NCBI GenBank assembly: GCA_964355645.1
Contig: CAYHDI010000001.1
Span: 92,897-156,896 of the forward strand
Reading direction: 5' to 3'
Length of the DNA stretch: 64,000 bases
Origin: an uncultured Candidatus Saccharibacteria bacterium
GTDB lineage: Bacteria; Patescibacteriota; Minisyncoccia; Phycocordibacterales; Zambryskibacteraceae
Part shown: piece by piece, positions 55,421 to 64,000 of the stretch
Layout of the letters: the number at the start of each line of letters is the position of its first letter
Position numbering within the stretch: the stretch's first letter is position 1
Notes under the pieces: generated by a model
The model's database searches: none
What the model was told of the DNA's origin: nothing
What the model saw: the letters and a program-made list of their open reading frames with translations, nothing else
Position numbers and translations under genes: made by a program

Positions 55421-56466
55421 TGGATTTCAACACCATACTTGAAGCAGGAAATCTGGAAGGCAAGAGAGTTCTTGTACGAGTAGATTGGAATGTGCCTATA
55501 GAAAACGGTGTGGTTATGGACGATTTTCGTATCAAGAAGTCTCTGCCCACGATTGAATATTTGCAGAAAGCCGGTGCGAAGATTGTTTTGATTAGTCATC
55601 ATGATACGGAGAACGAAACCCTTAAAACCGTTTTTGAATATGTGAAAAACCTTTTGCCCATAACCTTTGTTGAACCAAGTAATTTAATGTTGCTAGAAAA
55701 TTTGTTCCTAAACGAAGGAGAAAAACAAAACTCTAGAGATTTCGCGGTCAAACTGGCTTCAAAAGCGGACATCTTTGTGAACGAAGCCTTCTCAGAATCA
55801 CATCGTGAGTATGCTTCTATCATTGGGCTACCGAAGCTTCTGCCTTCCTACGCCGGTCTGCAGTTTTATGAAGAAGTGAAACAGCTCTCAAATGCGTTTT
55901 ACCCCAAGCACCCATTTCTTTTTGTCCTCGGAGGGGCAAAATTTGAAACGAAGCTTCCCATTTTGGATAAATTTTTAAATATTGCGGACAATATTTTCGT
56001 CGGGGGCGCACTGGCGAATGACTTTTTCAAAGAAGAAGGGCAGGATGTTGGTTCCTCGCTTGTTTCAGAAGGGGATTTTAATCTGAAAGAGAAGCTTCAT
56101 CCACCGACTGGCGGAGGGAAAATTATTTTGCCCACGGATACGATTCTCGAAGGTACAAGGATTGTGGATGCGGGACCGAAAACCATAGAAAGTCTAAAGT
56201 CAAAAGTTGAAAGTGCGAAGTTTATCTTGTGGAATGGCCCCCTCGGTGAATTTGAAAAGGGTTTCAAAACCTCTACCCTTGAATTGGCGAAGTTAATTGC
56301 TGATTCAAGCGCCGAAACCATTGTTGGTGGGGGAGACACACTTTCGGCCATCAAAGAATTAAATCTACTTGATAAATTTAGTTTTGTTTCTACGGGAGGA
56401 GGAGCAATGCTTGATTTTCTAGCCCTAGGAACCCTGCCGGGGATAGAAGCCCTTAAGAGGAAATAG
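55420..56466 (+). CDS. pgk: phosphoglycerate kinase (short, 348 aa)
   Basis: RVDWNVP and VLISHHDT (cf. RVDFNVP, ILMSHLGRP), with a C-domain Gly-rich loop. Start overlaps the tpiA stop by 1 nt. Confidence 0.8.
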   Translation: MDFNTILEAGNLEGKRVLVRVDWNVPIENGVVMDDFRIKKSLPTIEYLQKAGAKIVLISHHDTENETLKTVFEYVKNLLPITFVEPSNLMLLENLFLNEGEKQNSRDFAVKLASKADIFVNEAFSESHREYASIIGLPKLLPSYAGLQFYEEVKQLSNAFYPKHPFLFVLGGAKFETKLPILDKFLNIADNIFVGGALANDFFKEEGQDVGSSLVSEGDFNLKEKLHPPTGGGKIILPTDTILEGTRIVDAGPKTIESLKSKVESAKFILWNGPLGEFEKGFKTSTLELAKLIADSSAETIVGGGDTLSAIKELNLLDKFSFVSTGGGAMLDFLALGTLPGIEALKRK

Positions 56467-56549
56467 TTTTTAATTTGGTCTTTGTCATATAGTTAATTTG
56501 ACATTATGTAATTTTTCTTTATAGTTGTTATAGATTTTGTTGGGCCAGA

Positions 56550-56948
56550 TTGTCTCCACCGAATATCTTCCAAAGGAGTAGACAAGTGTCAACCTTCCCG
56601 AAATGCCCCAATTGTGGTAACACAGATGATGGCGACAGCATTTGGACCTGTCGCGATTGCGGTTTGGTTCATTGCAAGGAATGTGATCCTCCTAATGGGT
56701 CATGCCCTTCTTGTGGTGGTTCTTGCAAGGAAGCTGGAACTATCGACAGTTCGAGTGGCCAGGATGAAGATGACGATGTTAGTGGATTCTCATCATGCCC
56801 AAATTGTGGCAAGAACGACGATGGTGATAGTATCTGGAAATGTGGACATTGTGGCCTTGTCCACTGCAAAGACTGCGACCCAGATGATGGAGGATGTCCG
56901 TCTTGTGGTAGCAATGATGTAAGCATTATTGGACATATCGACAGCTAA
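56550..56948 (+). CDS. tandem double zinc-ribbon protein
   Basis: Two copies of CPNCGxxDDGDSIWxCxxCGLVHCKxCDPxxGxCPSCG separated by an acidic linker. Confidence 0.45.
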   Translation: MSPPNIFQRSRQVSTFPKCPNCGNTDDGDSIWTCRDCGLVHCKECDPPNGSCPSCGGSCKEAGTIDSSSGQDEDDDVSGFSSCPNCGKNDDGDSIWKCGHCGLVHCKDCDPDDGGCPSCGSNDVSIIGHIDS

Positions 56949-57000
56949 AATAATTCAGAGACACCAAGTCAGGTTCCCTTGCCAAAATGCGGGGGAATTT

Positions 57001-57549
57001 TTATTTTGTATAAAGATAAAGAGTTTTTGCCAATTGATCGTTGTTAGTTTCTATCGAAATTGTTTCTATTGGTTTCCAATTTGGGAATTGATAATCGCAA
57101 GAAACGATTCGTGTCCCTATCCCGCATTCATTTTTTATTTTGGATTTCATCTTTTTCATTAAAGGAGAAGAAAGGTAACAATAAATATGGGTTGCTTGTG
57201 ACAGATTTGAATTTAAGATGTTTCCAAATTTAATTTGTACAGGAATCCTGCATGTATGAATTTTTGCACTGAGAAACGGCAAGATTCCAAATTCAATACC
57301 TACAGCATTAATCCCCGGCACATGTCTAACGGCTTCAATCAGTATTCGTGCATCCCCACATCCTAAATCATATAAAACACTTTCTTTAGATAAATTTAAT
57401 AATTTAATTATTTTTGTCAGAGCTCTTTTCCTAGTTGATACAAACGGAACATTTATAAACATTTGGTCTCTTAGAATAATTACAAAAATAATAGTGAAAG
57501 CTATGATTACAAACAAAAAACCAATAATTATCAAAAAAAGTAAATTCAT
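57001..57549 (-). CDS. membrane-anchored class I SAM-dependent methyltransferase
   Basis: N-terminal TM followed by motif I VLYDLGCGDARILIEA. Confidence 0.6.
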   Translation of the reverse strand: MNLLFLIIIGFLFVIIAFTIIFVIILRDQMFINVPFVSTRKRALTKIIKLLNLSKESVLYDLGCGDARILIEAVRHVPGINAVGIEFGILPFLSAKIHTCRIPVQIKFGNILNSNLSQATHIYCYLSSPLMKKMKSKIKNECGIGTRIVSCDYQFPNWKPIETISIETNNDQLAKTLYLYTK

Positions 57550-57562
57550 AAATATTTCTGTG

Positions 57563-57967
57563 TCAACTTATGTGTTTTCGGATTTTGTCTCCGATTTCTT
57601 TCATTTTCTCAAGACTTTCGTATTTGGTTGGAGGAGAAAAATGTATCTCATCATTCGGATAGCGCGGAATTAAATGTATATGAAAATGAAGGACATCCAT
57701 TCCCCAAATAACCAAGGCAATCGGGTCAGCTTCCAGAGCATTTTTTAATGGTTGCATTAGATGCTTTGCTCTCAAAAACATATCTTTTATTAAATTGTCT
57801 GGTACATCCGGCATCCTTTCATAATGCTCTTTAGGTATTAAGAGAAGGTCACCACAAACTTGTGGACTAATGTCTAGAAAGGCCAGCATTTCATCATCCT
57901 CATAAACAATTTCAGCCGAAATTTCTTTTTTTATAATCTTACAAAAAATACAATTTGGATCAGTCAT
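57563..57967 (-). CDS. HIT-family (Hint-like) nucleotide hydrolase
   Basis: CIFCKII and the histidine triad HFHIHLIP. Confidence 0.8.
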   Translation of the reverse strand: MTDPNCIFCKIIKKEISAEIVYEDDEMLAFLDISPQVCGDLLLIPKEHYERMPDVPDNLIKDMFLRAKHLMQPLKNALEADPIALVIWGMDVLHFHIHLIPRYPNDEIHFSPPTKYESLEKMKEIGDKIRKHIS

Positions 57968-57973
57968 ATTATT

Positions 57974-58978
57974 TTAATACGATTGATAATTAACTAATTT
58001 TCCTGCCGAATCAAAGAGAGAAATTATTTCATAATCCTTGGCCCACAACTCCCATTTCTGCCCAAGGAAAATTCTCCACTCCGAGCCCGAGAAGTCTGGA
58101 TCGTTCTGATGATAGGCAAGACATCCAGGATAGCTGAAATGTGATTTGATAAATGCGACGCACGAACTGGATAGGGTACTGTTCCCGTCCACACATCCGG
58201 TGCATGAATTTCCCTGACTGTCGGTGAGACGACCTTGAGTATCCACGGTGTTGAACTTGGGAGTATGGCAACTCGACATGCCGGAGATATAGTCTCTACA
58301 ACCAGTGTCCAAGTTTTCTATCCCAGGCTCGTTGCGAGGTTGAACACAATTTGTTTGAAGTGAGGGGGTGAAGGAATAGTTGTCCAACTTTTCAATATAT
58401 CCAGTGCAGATATTTTCTTTGAAACTCACAATTTTGTAAGGAATATTTATTCCCATCTGTCCTGTAGTAATGATGGCTGATTCATTCGGTTTGAGCACAA
58501 TGTTTTGCATATTGTTTGCTCCGTTTGGAGAAAGGATATAGGTACCTTGTGGGATAGAGACTGCCTCCGAAGGGAAGTATTGCAGAGAACTCCCAACGTT
58601 GTAAGCTCTTTGTCCTTTGCCGTTTTGAAGTTTCCAACCAGTGATAATAATATGTTTTGAATCACCGTTGGACAGGCTGATGTATTCATCATCCGGTTGG
58701 AAAGAATAAGGCCCGTTGCCCATACTCAAAGATATTGAATTGGCAAAGATAGAATCTTTCGTAATGTTTGTGTTGGCTCCGCCTGAATTGTTTGAATTAA
58801 AAGGTTGGTTGAAAGAACCGAAATTTCCTCCAAAGAGTGAGGGTAAACTAGGCGTTGGACCGGGTGGAGTCTTCGGCAGAATGAAGAGTATTAAGATTGC
58901 CACGAGGCCCAAGGCCATGACGAGACCCTCAATAAACCCCGATTGATGTTGCTTTTTCATATATTCATCATAATACAA
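57974..58978 (-). CDS. N-terminally anchored secreted hypothetical protein
   Basis: TM (LVMALGLVAILILFIL), then a Cys-containing extracytoplasmic domain. Confidence 0.45.
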   Translation of the reverse strand: MYYDEYMKKQHQSGFIEGLVMALGLVAILILFILPKTPPGPTPSLPSLFGGNFGSFNQPFNSNNSGGANTNITKDSIFANSISLSMGNGPYSFQPDDEYISLSNGDSKHIIITGWKLQNGKGQRAYNVGSSLQYFPSEAVSIPQGTYILSPNGANNMQNIVLKPNESAIITTGQMGINIPYKIVSFKENICTGYIEKLDNYSFTPSLQTNCVQPRNEPGIENLDTGCRDYISGMSSCHTPKFNTVDTQGRLTDSQGNSCTGCVDGNSTLSSSCVAFIKSHFSYPGCLAYHQNDPDFSGSEWRIFLGQKWELWAKDYEIISLFDSAGKLVNYQSY

Positions 58979-59009
58979 TAAGGGCGAATTCGCATGCTAA
59001 ACTAGGTCG

Positions 59010-60692
59010 ATGACCTTTCCTGAAATTTTTGAAGTTTTGCTTGAAGAACGAGGACTAGTAGGTGATTCTCGAGAAGAATTTCTGCATCCTGATTATGGGA
59101 AACTCCACCATCCCTTGCTTTTGCCGGATATGGAGAAAGCTCGAGACAAAGTGATTGAAGTCATGGGTCGAAATGAGCACATTGTGGTTTTTTCTGACTA
59201 CGATGCGGATGGAATTCCCGGAGCAGTAGTGCTCTCGGACTTTTTCCATCGGGCGAAATATGAAAATGTTTCATTTTATATTCCACATCGACACGATGAA
59301 GGCTTCGGTTTGAACATGGAAGCAGTGGATGAGATGGCCGAACGTGGAGCGAAGCTTATCATCACCGTGGATTGTGGAACCGCGGATATAAAGGAGGTGG
59401 CGAAGGCAAACAAAAAAGGCATGGAGGTGATTATCACAGATCATCACGAGAGTTCAAAATTACCCAAAGCGTATGCGATAGTCAACCCAAAGAGAAAAGA
59501 TAGTACTTATCCTTTCAATCCGCCAGCCGGCGGACTTTGTGGAGCGGCCTTAGCTTACAAACTAGTTCAAGCAATTCTTATGAAAGAAGAATCCGCCAGT
59601 TGGCGGATTGGGATTAAAACAGGACAAGAGAAGTGGTCGCTCGACATGGTGGGTATCGCCACACTTTCAGACATGGTTCCTCTCGTCGGGGAGAATAGAA
59701 TTTTGGCCAAGTTCGGTTTGGATGTTTTGCGCAAATCCCCGCGCCCCGGACTTTCAGCTCTCTTCAATAAACTCAAGATTGAACAAAGATTTTTGACCGA
59801 GGATGATGTCACTTTCATGATTACTCCGCGCATCAATGCTGCGTCGAGAATGGGTAAACCCGAAGATGCGTTCAAACTTCTTTCGACTACAAATATGTTG
59901 GAAGCCGTAAGACTGGCCGAACATTTGGAAAAAATAAACAATGAACGCAAAGGCACGGTCGCTGCACTTGTGAAGGAGGCGAAGAAACACCTCGAGGCTC
60001 GCGAAAAGATAAATTCGGTGATTGTGGTGGGGAATCCGGAGTGGAGGCCATCACTCCTCGGCCTTGTAGCCAACTCTCTCGTCGAAGAATATATGCGACC
60101 GGCGTTTGTGTGGGGAAGAGATGGAGATAATGTGCTCAAGGGTTCGTGTCGTTCATACAATGGATACAATTTGTTCGATTTGATGAACGGAGCAAAGGAT
60201 TCGTTTCTAGAATTTGGTGGACATGCTGGTGCGGGAGGATTTTCTGTGACCCTTGAGCAGATTACAAAGCTTGAAGAAAAACTTTCGGAAATGGTCGGGA
60301 AACACTCGGTGTCAAAGGATGCCCAGACACCGAGTGTTGAGGAGACCACGAAAAAAATTCAGATTTCACTTTCAGACATCGGAGAAGATTTGTGGAAAAC
60401 CGTAGAACAATTCGCTCCATTCGGTATGGGGAATCAGAAACCAATTTTCAATATCAAGAATGCAGAAATCAAACAAGTTCGACAATTCGGCAAAGAAAAT
60501 AATCATTTAGAGATTGTATTTAAAAGTGGAGCAAAGGATATAAAAGCCATCTCCTTCTTCTCTTCTCCTACTTCCTACTCCTTTCTCCCTACTCCAGGAA
60601 TCTCCTGCACTCTCACCGCCTGTCTCGAGAAATCCTATTTCCGCAATCGTCCAGAAGTCCGTCTTCGAATCGTTGATATTATTGAACAATGA
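59010..60692 (+). CDS. recJ: single-stranded-DNA-specific exonuclease RecJ
   Basis: DHH motifs (VVFSDYDADGIPGAV; VIITDHHE), a DHHA1 domain and a C-terminal OB-like domain. Contains an in-frame REP-like palindrome at 60301-60338. Confidence 0.9.
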   Translation: MTFPEIFEVLLEERGLVGDSREEFLHPDYGKLHHPLLLPDMEKARDKVIEVMGRNEHIVVFSDYDADGIPGAVVLSDFFHRAKYENVSFYIPHRHDEGFGLNMEAVDEMAERGAKLIITVDCGTADIKEVAKANKKGMEVIITDHHESSKLPKAYAIVNPKRKDSTYPFNPPAGGLCGAALAYKLVQAILMKEESASWRIGIKTGQEKWSLDMVGIATLSDMVPLVGENRILAKFGLDVLRKSPRPGLSALFNKLKIEQRFLTEDDVTFMITPRINAASRMGKPEDAFKLLSTTNMLEAVRLAEHLEKINNERKGTVAALVKEAKKHLEAREKINSVIVVGNPEWRPSLLGLVANSLVEEYMRPAFVWGRDGDNVLKGSCRSYNGYNLFDLMNGAKDSFLEFGGHAGAGGFSVTLEQITKLEEKLSEMVGKHSVSKDAQTPSVEETTKKIQISLSDIGEDLWKTVEQFAPFGMGNQKPIFNIKNAEIKQVRQFGKENNHLEIVFKSGAKDIKAISFFSSPTSYSFLPTPGISCTLTACLEKSYFRNRPEVRLRIVDIIEQ

Positions 60693-60723
60693 TAACAATT
60701 TTTACTGACGGTACGTTGAGATT

Positions 60724-60933
60724 TTATTCGAAGTCTTCTTTTGAGAGTTTGGATTGACGCAAGACTGAATGAAAAGTTCCCATTGGGATTTCTTTTTTAT
60801 TTGCGGGGATGATAACCACAAATCGTTTGGATTTAGAAACTAATTTTAGATGGCTACCTTTTTGAGAAACTATTGCAAACCCATTTGCTTCCAAAACTTT
60901 AACAATTTTTTTGGAAGAGTGGAGCCTAGGCAT
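60724..60933 (-). CDS. hicA: HicA mRNA-interferase toxin
   Basis: KKIVKVLEANGFAIVSQKGSHLKL...IPMGTFHSVLRQSKL matches the HicA/YcfA family. Confidence 0.75.
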   Translation of the reverse strand: MPRLHSSKKIVKVLEANGFAIVSQKGSHLKLVSKSKRFVVIIPANKKEIPMGTFHSVLRQSKLSKEDFE

Positions 60934-61144
60934 ACTGAAGCGAGGTGCTTCGAATGACTGGATTTGTAACCCTAGTTACTTTATTTGTTTGAGTGTTTTC
61001 AAGATACAATTCAAGAGCTTCTCTTATATTCGCCAGAGCTGATTTCTGTGTCCTACCAAAACTTGAGATATCAATATTAAGACACTGGGCAACAAAATGT
61101 CTCCCTTCTTTCCAAATCACGATTTGTAGATTAACTTTTCTCAT
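60926..61144 (-). CDS. hicB: HicB-family antitoxin
   Basis: ...WKEGRHFVAQCLNIDISSFGRTQKSALANIREALELYLE has the HicB/UPF0150 fold signature. 8-nt overlap with hicA. Confidence 0.65.
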   Translation of the reverse strand: MRKVNLQIVIWKEGRHFVAQCLNIDISSFGRTQKSALANIREALELYLENTQTNKVTRVTNPVIRSTSLQYA

Positions 61145-61187
61145 GTTTTTATATTATCACATGCTGACCCATGCTACAATTCTATCA

Positions 61188-61691
61188 ATGATAACAATTT
61201 TTACTGATGGGTCGTCGAAAGGGAATCCGGGGCCGGGAGGATGGGGAGCGGTAGTTAGTTATGAGAAGACAGTAAACAGTACACAGCAAGAATGGATTAC
61301 AGAGCTCGGAGGAAGAGAAAATCATACTACAAACAATCGTATGGAATTAACCGCAGCGATTAAGGCTCTCGAATCTTTATCTGTGGGAGTTGAAGTTACT
61401 CTTTATTCTGATGCGACATATGTGGTGAAGGGGATGACCGAATGGATACACGGGTGGATGAAAAACAATTGGCGCACGAGTGCGAAGAAAGCCGTCGAGA
61501 ACCAAGATTTGTGGATGGATTTGTATCAGGCGAGTGTGGACAAAAAAATTCATTGGAAACTTATTGCTGGCCATGCAGGTATTCAAGCGAACGAAAGGTG
61601 TGATGAGATAGCCACTTCTTTCGCGGACTCCGCGCCGACTCATTTGTATAATGGTGCGAAGCATGGATATAAAATTTCTCTTAGAGCATAG
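61188..61691 (+). CDS. rnhA: ribonuclease HI (start at MITIFTDGS)
   Basis: TDGSSKGNPGPGGWGAV, NNRMELTA, and the YSDATYVVKGMTEWIHGWMKNNW catalytic residues. Confidence 0.85.
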   Translation: MITIFTDGSSKGNPGPGGWGAVVSYEKTVNSTQQEWITELGGRENHTTNNRMELTAAIKALESLSVGVEVTLYSDATYVVKGMTEWIHGWMKNNWRTSAKKAVENQDLWMDLYQASVDKKIHWKLIAGHAGIQANERCDEIATSFADSAPTHLYNGAKHGYKISLRA

Positions 61692-63165
61692 GCATCTAAA
61701 TATTTTTGTTTTCATCTGGAGTTTTATCTTTGGTATACTCGTCGCATCAATTGTTCATATTCAACCGCTTTTCGCCCTTTTAATTTTTGTTGTTGTCCTC
61801 GGAATATTTGCGGGTGAGAAAATTTTGCATAATGAAATATCGAAAGCGATTCTAATTATTATTTTGTCTTTGTTCGCGTTCGGTTTAGGAATTTTGAGGT
61901 TTGACATAAAGGATTTCCATCTCTCGGAGACGCCAGTATTCACCGGAGTGATAGTGAGCGAACCTGAAATCAGAGAGAAAAATATGCGTTTTGTTTTCCA
62001 ATCAGACAATGGAGAGAAAGTTTTGGTCAGCACCAATCTTTATTCTGATATTAGATATGGAGACAAAATTAAAATTGATGGGAAATTAGAAAAACCAGGA
62101 ATTATTGCAGAAAGTGATTCGGGTCGAGAGTTTGACTACGGCGCGTATTTATCCAAGGACGATATTTACTACACGATGAATTTTGCTCAAGTGAATGTGA
62201 TTTCTCATGATAATGGTAATCCGATTAAAGCCATGCTTCTAAAAATTAAAGAAAGTTTTATAAACAAAATGAAAAGTATTTTTTCTGAACCACAAGCCTC
62301 GCTCCTCGCGGGATTGTTGGTATCAGGCAAACAAGCTTTACCTACTTCAATTCTCGATGAATTCAAGCGAGCGGGCGTGGTGCACATCGTGGTACTCTCG
62401 GGCTACAACATTATGATTGTGGCTGAATTTTTCAAAGATATTTTAAGTTTTCTTTCTCTGCGTATCGCTTCGAGTGTTTCAATCTTTGGTATTATTCTTT
62501 TCGTTCTTATGACCGGAGCTTCGGCTACGGTGGTGCGCGCGGCCATCATGGCTCTCATTGCTGTCTCAGGCAAAATGTTTGGTCGAAGTTATTCGGCTCC
62601 ACGTGCATTACTCGTTGCTGGATTCTTTATGCTCATAGAAAATCCAAAAATTTTAATTTTCGACCCATCTTTCCAACTCAGCATGCTCGCCACTATTGCG
62701 ATGATTTATGCAGTACCTATCGTAGATAGGTATCTGTCCCGCGGAGCCTTGGCGAAGTGGGATAAATTCCGAGAAATTTTATCCGCCACCATTTCTACTC
62801 AAATCTTCGTTTTACCTTTTCTCTTGTATTCGATGGGGAACATTTCTGTTGTTTCTTTGTTTTCGAATATTCTGATTCTCGCATTCGTGCCTTACACCAT
62901 GCTCGTAGGTTTCATCGCGACCACTCTCGCATATATGAGTTCTGTTCTTGCATTTCCATTTACTTATATCTCGCATCTTCTACTCTCTTGGATTCTCTTC
63001 GTTGCCAACACTCTCGGCAACCTTTCGTTGGCCAGTATAAACGTTTCATCGTTCCCACTTTGGGGAATGATGGTGGTATATATTATTTATTTGGTTACTT
63101 TGAGACGTTTAAGCCCACCTGTGCGGTCAGGAAATTCTCTTCAATCTTTCCCCAATTCAAATTAG
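61651..63165 (+). CDS. comEC: ComEC/Rec2-family DNA uptake channel (DUF4131 + competence domain; start probably MDIKFL at 61663)
   Basis: More than 8 TM helices and competence-domain motifs (GVVHIVVLSGYNIMIVAEF...SATVVRAAIMAL). No MBL domain in this ORF. Confidence 0.7.
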   Translation: MVRSMDIKFLLEHRHLNIFVFIWSFIFGILVASIVHIQPLFALLIFVVVLGIFAGEKILHNEISKAILIIILSLFAFGLGILRFDIKDFHLSETPVFTGVIVSEPEIREKNMRFVFQSDNGEKVLVSTNLYSDIRYGDKIKIDGKLEKPGIIAESDSGREFDYGAYLSKDDIYYTMNFAQVNVISHDNGNPIKAMLLKIKESFINKMKSIFSEPQASLLAGLLVSGKQALPTSILDEFKRAGVVHIVVLSGYNIMIVAEFFKDILSFLSLRIASSVSIFGIILFVLMTGASATVVRAAIMALIAVSGKMFGRSYSAPRALLVAGFFMLIENPKILIFDPSFQLSMLATIAMIYAVPIVDRYLSRGALAKWDKFREILSATISTQIFVLPFLLYSMGNISVVSLFSNILILAFVPYTMLVGFIATTLAYMSSVLAFPFTYISHLLLSWILFVANTLGNLSLASINVSSFPLWGMMVVYIIYLVTLRRLSPPVRSGNSLQSFPNSN

Positions 63166-63640
63166 CGAAGAAATCTTCAACATAATTTTTCTTTCCACTC
63201 GGTAGATAATCGGCGACGTATGAATGTTCCCACATATCGAGGGCGAGAAGTGGAACGCAGGCGGAGAGTTGCCCCAAATGCTGTTCATCAACCCAATTCT
63301 GTAAAAGTTGTTTCGATGTAGGGTCCCACACAAGCATGGCCCAACCCACTCCGCGCGTGAGAGCGAGGGCTTTAAATTTTTCCAAATCAAATCCTGCTTG
63401 AATCAAAGGACTTTCCGGTGAGAGTGGTTGTGGTCCGTTTTCGAAATGCGAGAAGTAAAGTTCGTGATTTCTCATACCATTAAATTCAAATGGGAAACGG
63501 CGATCATATTGTCCTGTGGCAAGTATCTCATTCGCATTCTTCACATATCCAGCATAGAGCTTCAAATGTTCCTCAATAGTTTTGGCTGATATTCCTTTTA
63601 ATGTTGGAATATTAAATTTTTGTTCTGTGAATGTTTTCAT
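63095..63640 (-). CDS. sod: Fe/Mn superoxide dismutase-like protein (start at MKTFTEQ)
   Basis: C-terminal DMWEHSYVADYLPSGKKNYVEDFFANLNW (cf. DVWEHAYYIDYRN.R..Y...FW.LVNW) and NGMRNHELYFSHF. The N-terminal His pair is incomplete. The 3' end overlaps the comEC ORF tail by about 70 nt. Confidence 0.6.
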   Translation of the reverse strand: MKTFTEQKFNIPTLKGISAKTIEEHLKLYAGYVKNANEILATGQYDRRFPFEFNGMRNHELYFSHFENGPQPLSPESPLIQAGFDLEKFKALALTRGVGWAMLVWDPTSKQLLQNWVDEQHLGQLSACVPLLALDMWEHSYVADYLPSGKKNYVEDFFANLNWGKIEENFLTAQVGLNVSK

Positions 63641-63655
63641 AAGACCAATTATACT

Positions 63656-64000
63656 ATGTTTATGAATTTTATAAGAAAGAACTGGCGAGAGGTTGTTTTG
63701 GGTGTTTTGTTGTTCGCAAACATAATTGTTTGGATAACAATTTATGAGAAACGACCGAGCGATATTCTCCGGGTTTATTTTCTGGATGTTGGGCAGGGTG
63801 ATTCTATATTTATTGATTCTCCAACCCACGGTCGACTGCTCCTCGACGGTGGGCCGAATTCAAAGGTGCTCACGGAGCTTGGGAAAATTTTACCTTTCGG
63901 TGATAGACGGATAGATGTGGTTATAGAATCGCATCCAGATGCAGACCATATTGGCGGTTTGGTGGATGTGCTTAACAGATATGATGTTGGAACATTTCTA
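63656..64000 (+). CDS. metallo-beta-lactamase-fold protein (ComEC C-terminal domain-like), 3'-partial
   Basis: TM helix, then LRVYFLDVGQGDSIFIDSPTHGRLLLDGG...HPDADHIGG, typical of the ComEC MBL domain. Runs off the window end. Confidence 0.55.
   Translation, partial: MFMNFIRKNWREVVLGVLLFANIIVWITIYEKRPSDILRVYFLDVGQGDSIFIDSPTHGRLLLDGGPNSKVLTELGKILPFGDRRIDVVIESHPDADHIGGLVDVLNRYDVGTFL

Noticed and set aside
63095-63829. 244-aa version of the SOD-like ORF
   Set aside because: The N-terminal 63 aa are read through from the comEC-MBL intergenic region and overlap the start of the plus-strand MBL ORF. The SOD homology begins at MKTFTEQ.

Overview
Low-GC, gene-dense window that starts at a replication origin: dnaN<-dnaA | rpmH->rnpA->yidC, with DnaA boxes in the dnaA-dnaN spacer. 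Gene content suggests a reduced-genome bacterium of the Candidate Phyla Radiation/Patescibacteria type (T4SS-like cluster, four-helix-bundle gene, ORF6N protein); this lineage call is inference.

Main blocks:
- 3.9-17.4 kb, all minus strand: a Gram-positive/CPR-style type IV secretion-like cluster. It has a VirB2/TrbC-like pilin with a long C-terminal extension, a VirB4 ATPase that appears split into N-terminal and ATPase genes by an intervening four-helix-bundle gene, a PrgI/VirB3-like protein, a VirB6/TrbL-like polytopic protein, and several secreted or membrane proteins.
- 17.8-43 kb: housekeeping genes (rsmA, pcrA/uvrD, comM, rpsO, xerD, nusA, trigger factor, clpP, rny, hup, cca, a five-tRNA cluster, xth) interspersed with small insertions.
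- The insertions are: a REP-flanked Y1 (RAYT/IS200-like) transposase, a MazF-like toxin, a Doc/AbrB TA pair, a HicAB pair, two NYN genes (one frameshifted), a GNAT gene and an ORF6N gene. Several insertions carry direct duplications of the neighbouring gene end.
- 43-52.3 kb: an accessory island. It contains an IS481-family transposase, an M16 peptidase, two GC-rich units encoding small acidic proteins behind a shared 16-nt motif, a gltX - truncated glutamyl-tRNA reductase (HemA)-like - nucleotidyltransferase operon, and a GC-rich metzincin-like lipoprotein cassette flanked by a 70-bp direct repeat that duplicates the promoter and start of a 755-aa Ig/PKD-repeat surface protein gene.
- 54.6-64 kb: tpiA-pgk, a double zinc-ribbon protein, a membrane-anchored SAM methyltransferase, a HIT protein, recJ (with an in-frame REP-like palindrome), the hicAB insertion, rnhA, comEC (apparently interrupted by an antisense Fe/Mn-SOD-like gene) and a metallo-beta-lactamase-fold ORF running off the window.

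No CRISPR array and no rRNA were found.
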